From IMG/VR virus record IMGVR_UViG_3300009103_000003, positions 64,001 through 128,000 of that record: a DNA stretch of 64,000 bases; one strand, 5' to 3'. This stretch comes from a virus. The number at the start of each line of letters is the position of its first letter. Position 1 is the stretch's first letter. This document shows positions 63,701 to 64,000 of the stretch, piece by piece. The notes beneath the pieces are model-generated. The model made no database searches, had not been told where the DNA came from, and saw only the letters and a list, made by a program, of their open reading frames with translations. Made by a program: the position numbers and the translations under genes.

Positions 63701-64000
63701 TATCGTCCTCCATTTGCTCTAGGTAATCTACTCGCTCTGCACAGAAGTCAAATTCATCCGGCTTACCCTCTTTGCAGTCGTGCATTCCCCCATCTTTCCA
63801 AGTCATCGCCCCAGCGAACCAGCACCCGTATTCAACAAATTCGAGGCAGAACTCTAGGTCTGGGTTGTCCTCCGAAACTTTGTGGAGCCACGCCACTGGC
63901 GGACTCCACGCGCTCATGAAGCTCACGGTCCACGTTTTATCTTCTGGGGTTAGGTCGCAATAACTGAGGTCTTCGTTCGGGATATCCCACTTGGTTCCCC
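63693..64000 (-). CDS. YubB/DUF1281-like ferredoxin-fold protein (5' end off the window)
   Basis: The frame is open to the edge: GTKWD...FMSAWSPP..SEDNPDLEFCLEFVEYGCWFAG. Confidence 0.75.
   Translation of the reverse strand, partial: GTKWDIPNEDLSYCDLTPEDKTWTVSFMSAWSPPVAWLHKVSEDNPDLEFCLEFVEYGCWFAGAMTWKDGGMHDCKEGKPDEFDFCAERVDYLEQMEDDNE

Noticed and set aside
1-64000. Stop-codon reassignment, as in some large phages
   Set aside because: Long conserved genes are intact in code 11, and TAG/TGA/TAA all end genes at sensible, often coupled, positions.

Overview
The window is 64 kb of a large contractile-tailed (myovirus-like) dsDNA phage genome. It uses the standard genetic code, with Shine-Dalgarno-led, tightly coupled genes. 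There are three blocks. (1) 1-6121, minus strand, replication: a DnaG primase truncated by the window edge and absent from the ORF track, a DnaB-like helicase, a family-4 UDG-like protein with altered catalytic motifs, an SF2 helicase and an XRE regulator. (2) 6219-49493, mostly plus strand, morphogenesis: portal, a 2091-aa single-chain beta-beta' RNA polymerase, baseplate spike-like protein, TerL, prohead protease, scaffold-like proteins, major capsid protein, neck proteins, a very large sheath, tube and a holin-like protein. Many proteins in this block carry a repeated K-x-A/S motif, including an SNF2 helicase and a kinase-like protein. (3) 49398-64000, minus strand, accessory: spanin-like pair, Ycf46 AAA/DUF1257/DUF2997/radical SAM/RecA-like cluster, ParB, an orphan gene bracketed by mirror-image TGACA-N10-TGTCA arrays, a complete Ubl-E2-JAB-E1 operon, a lytic transglycosylase preceded by about 430 nt of structured non-coding sequence, and a SET-domain protein. 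All assignments come from motif reading by eye; no database search or folding computation was run.
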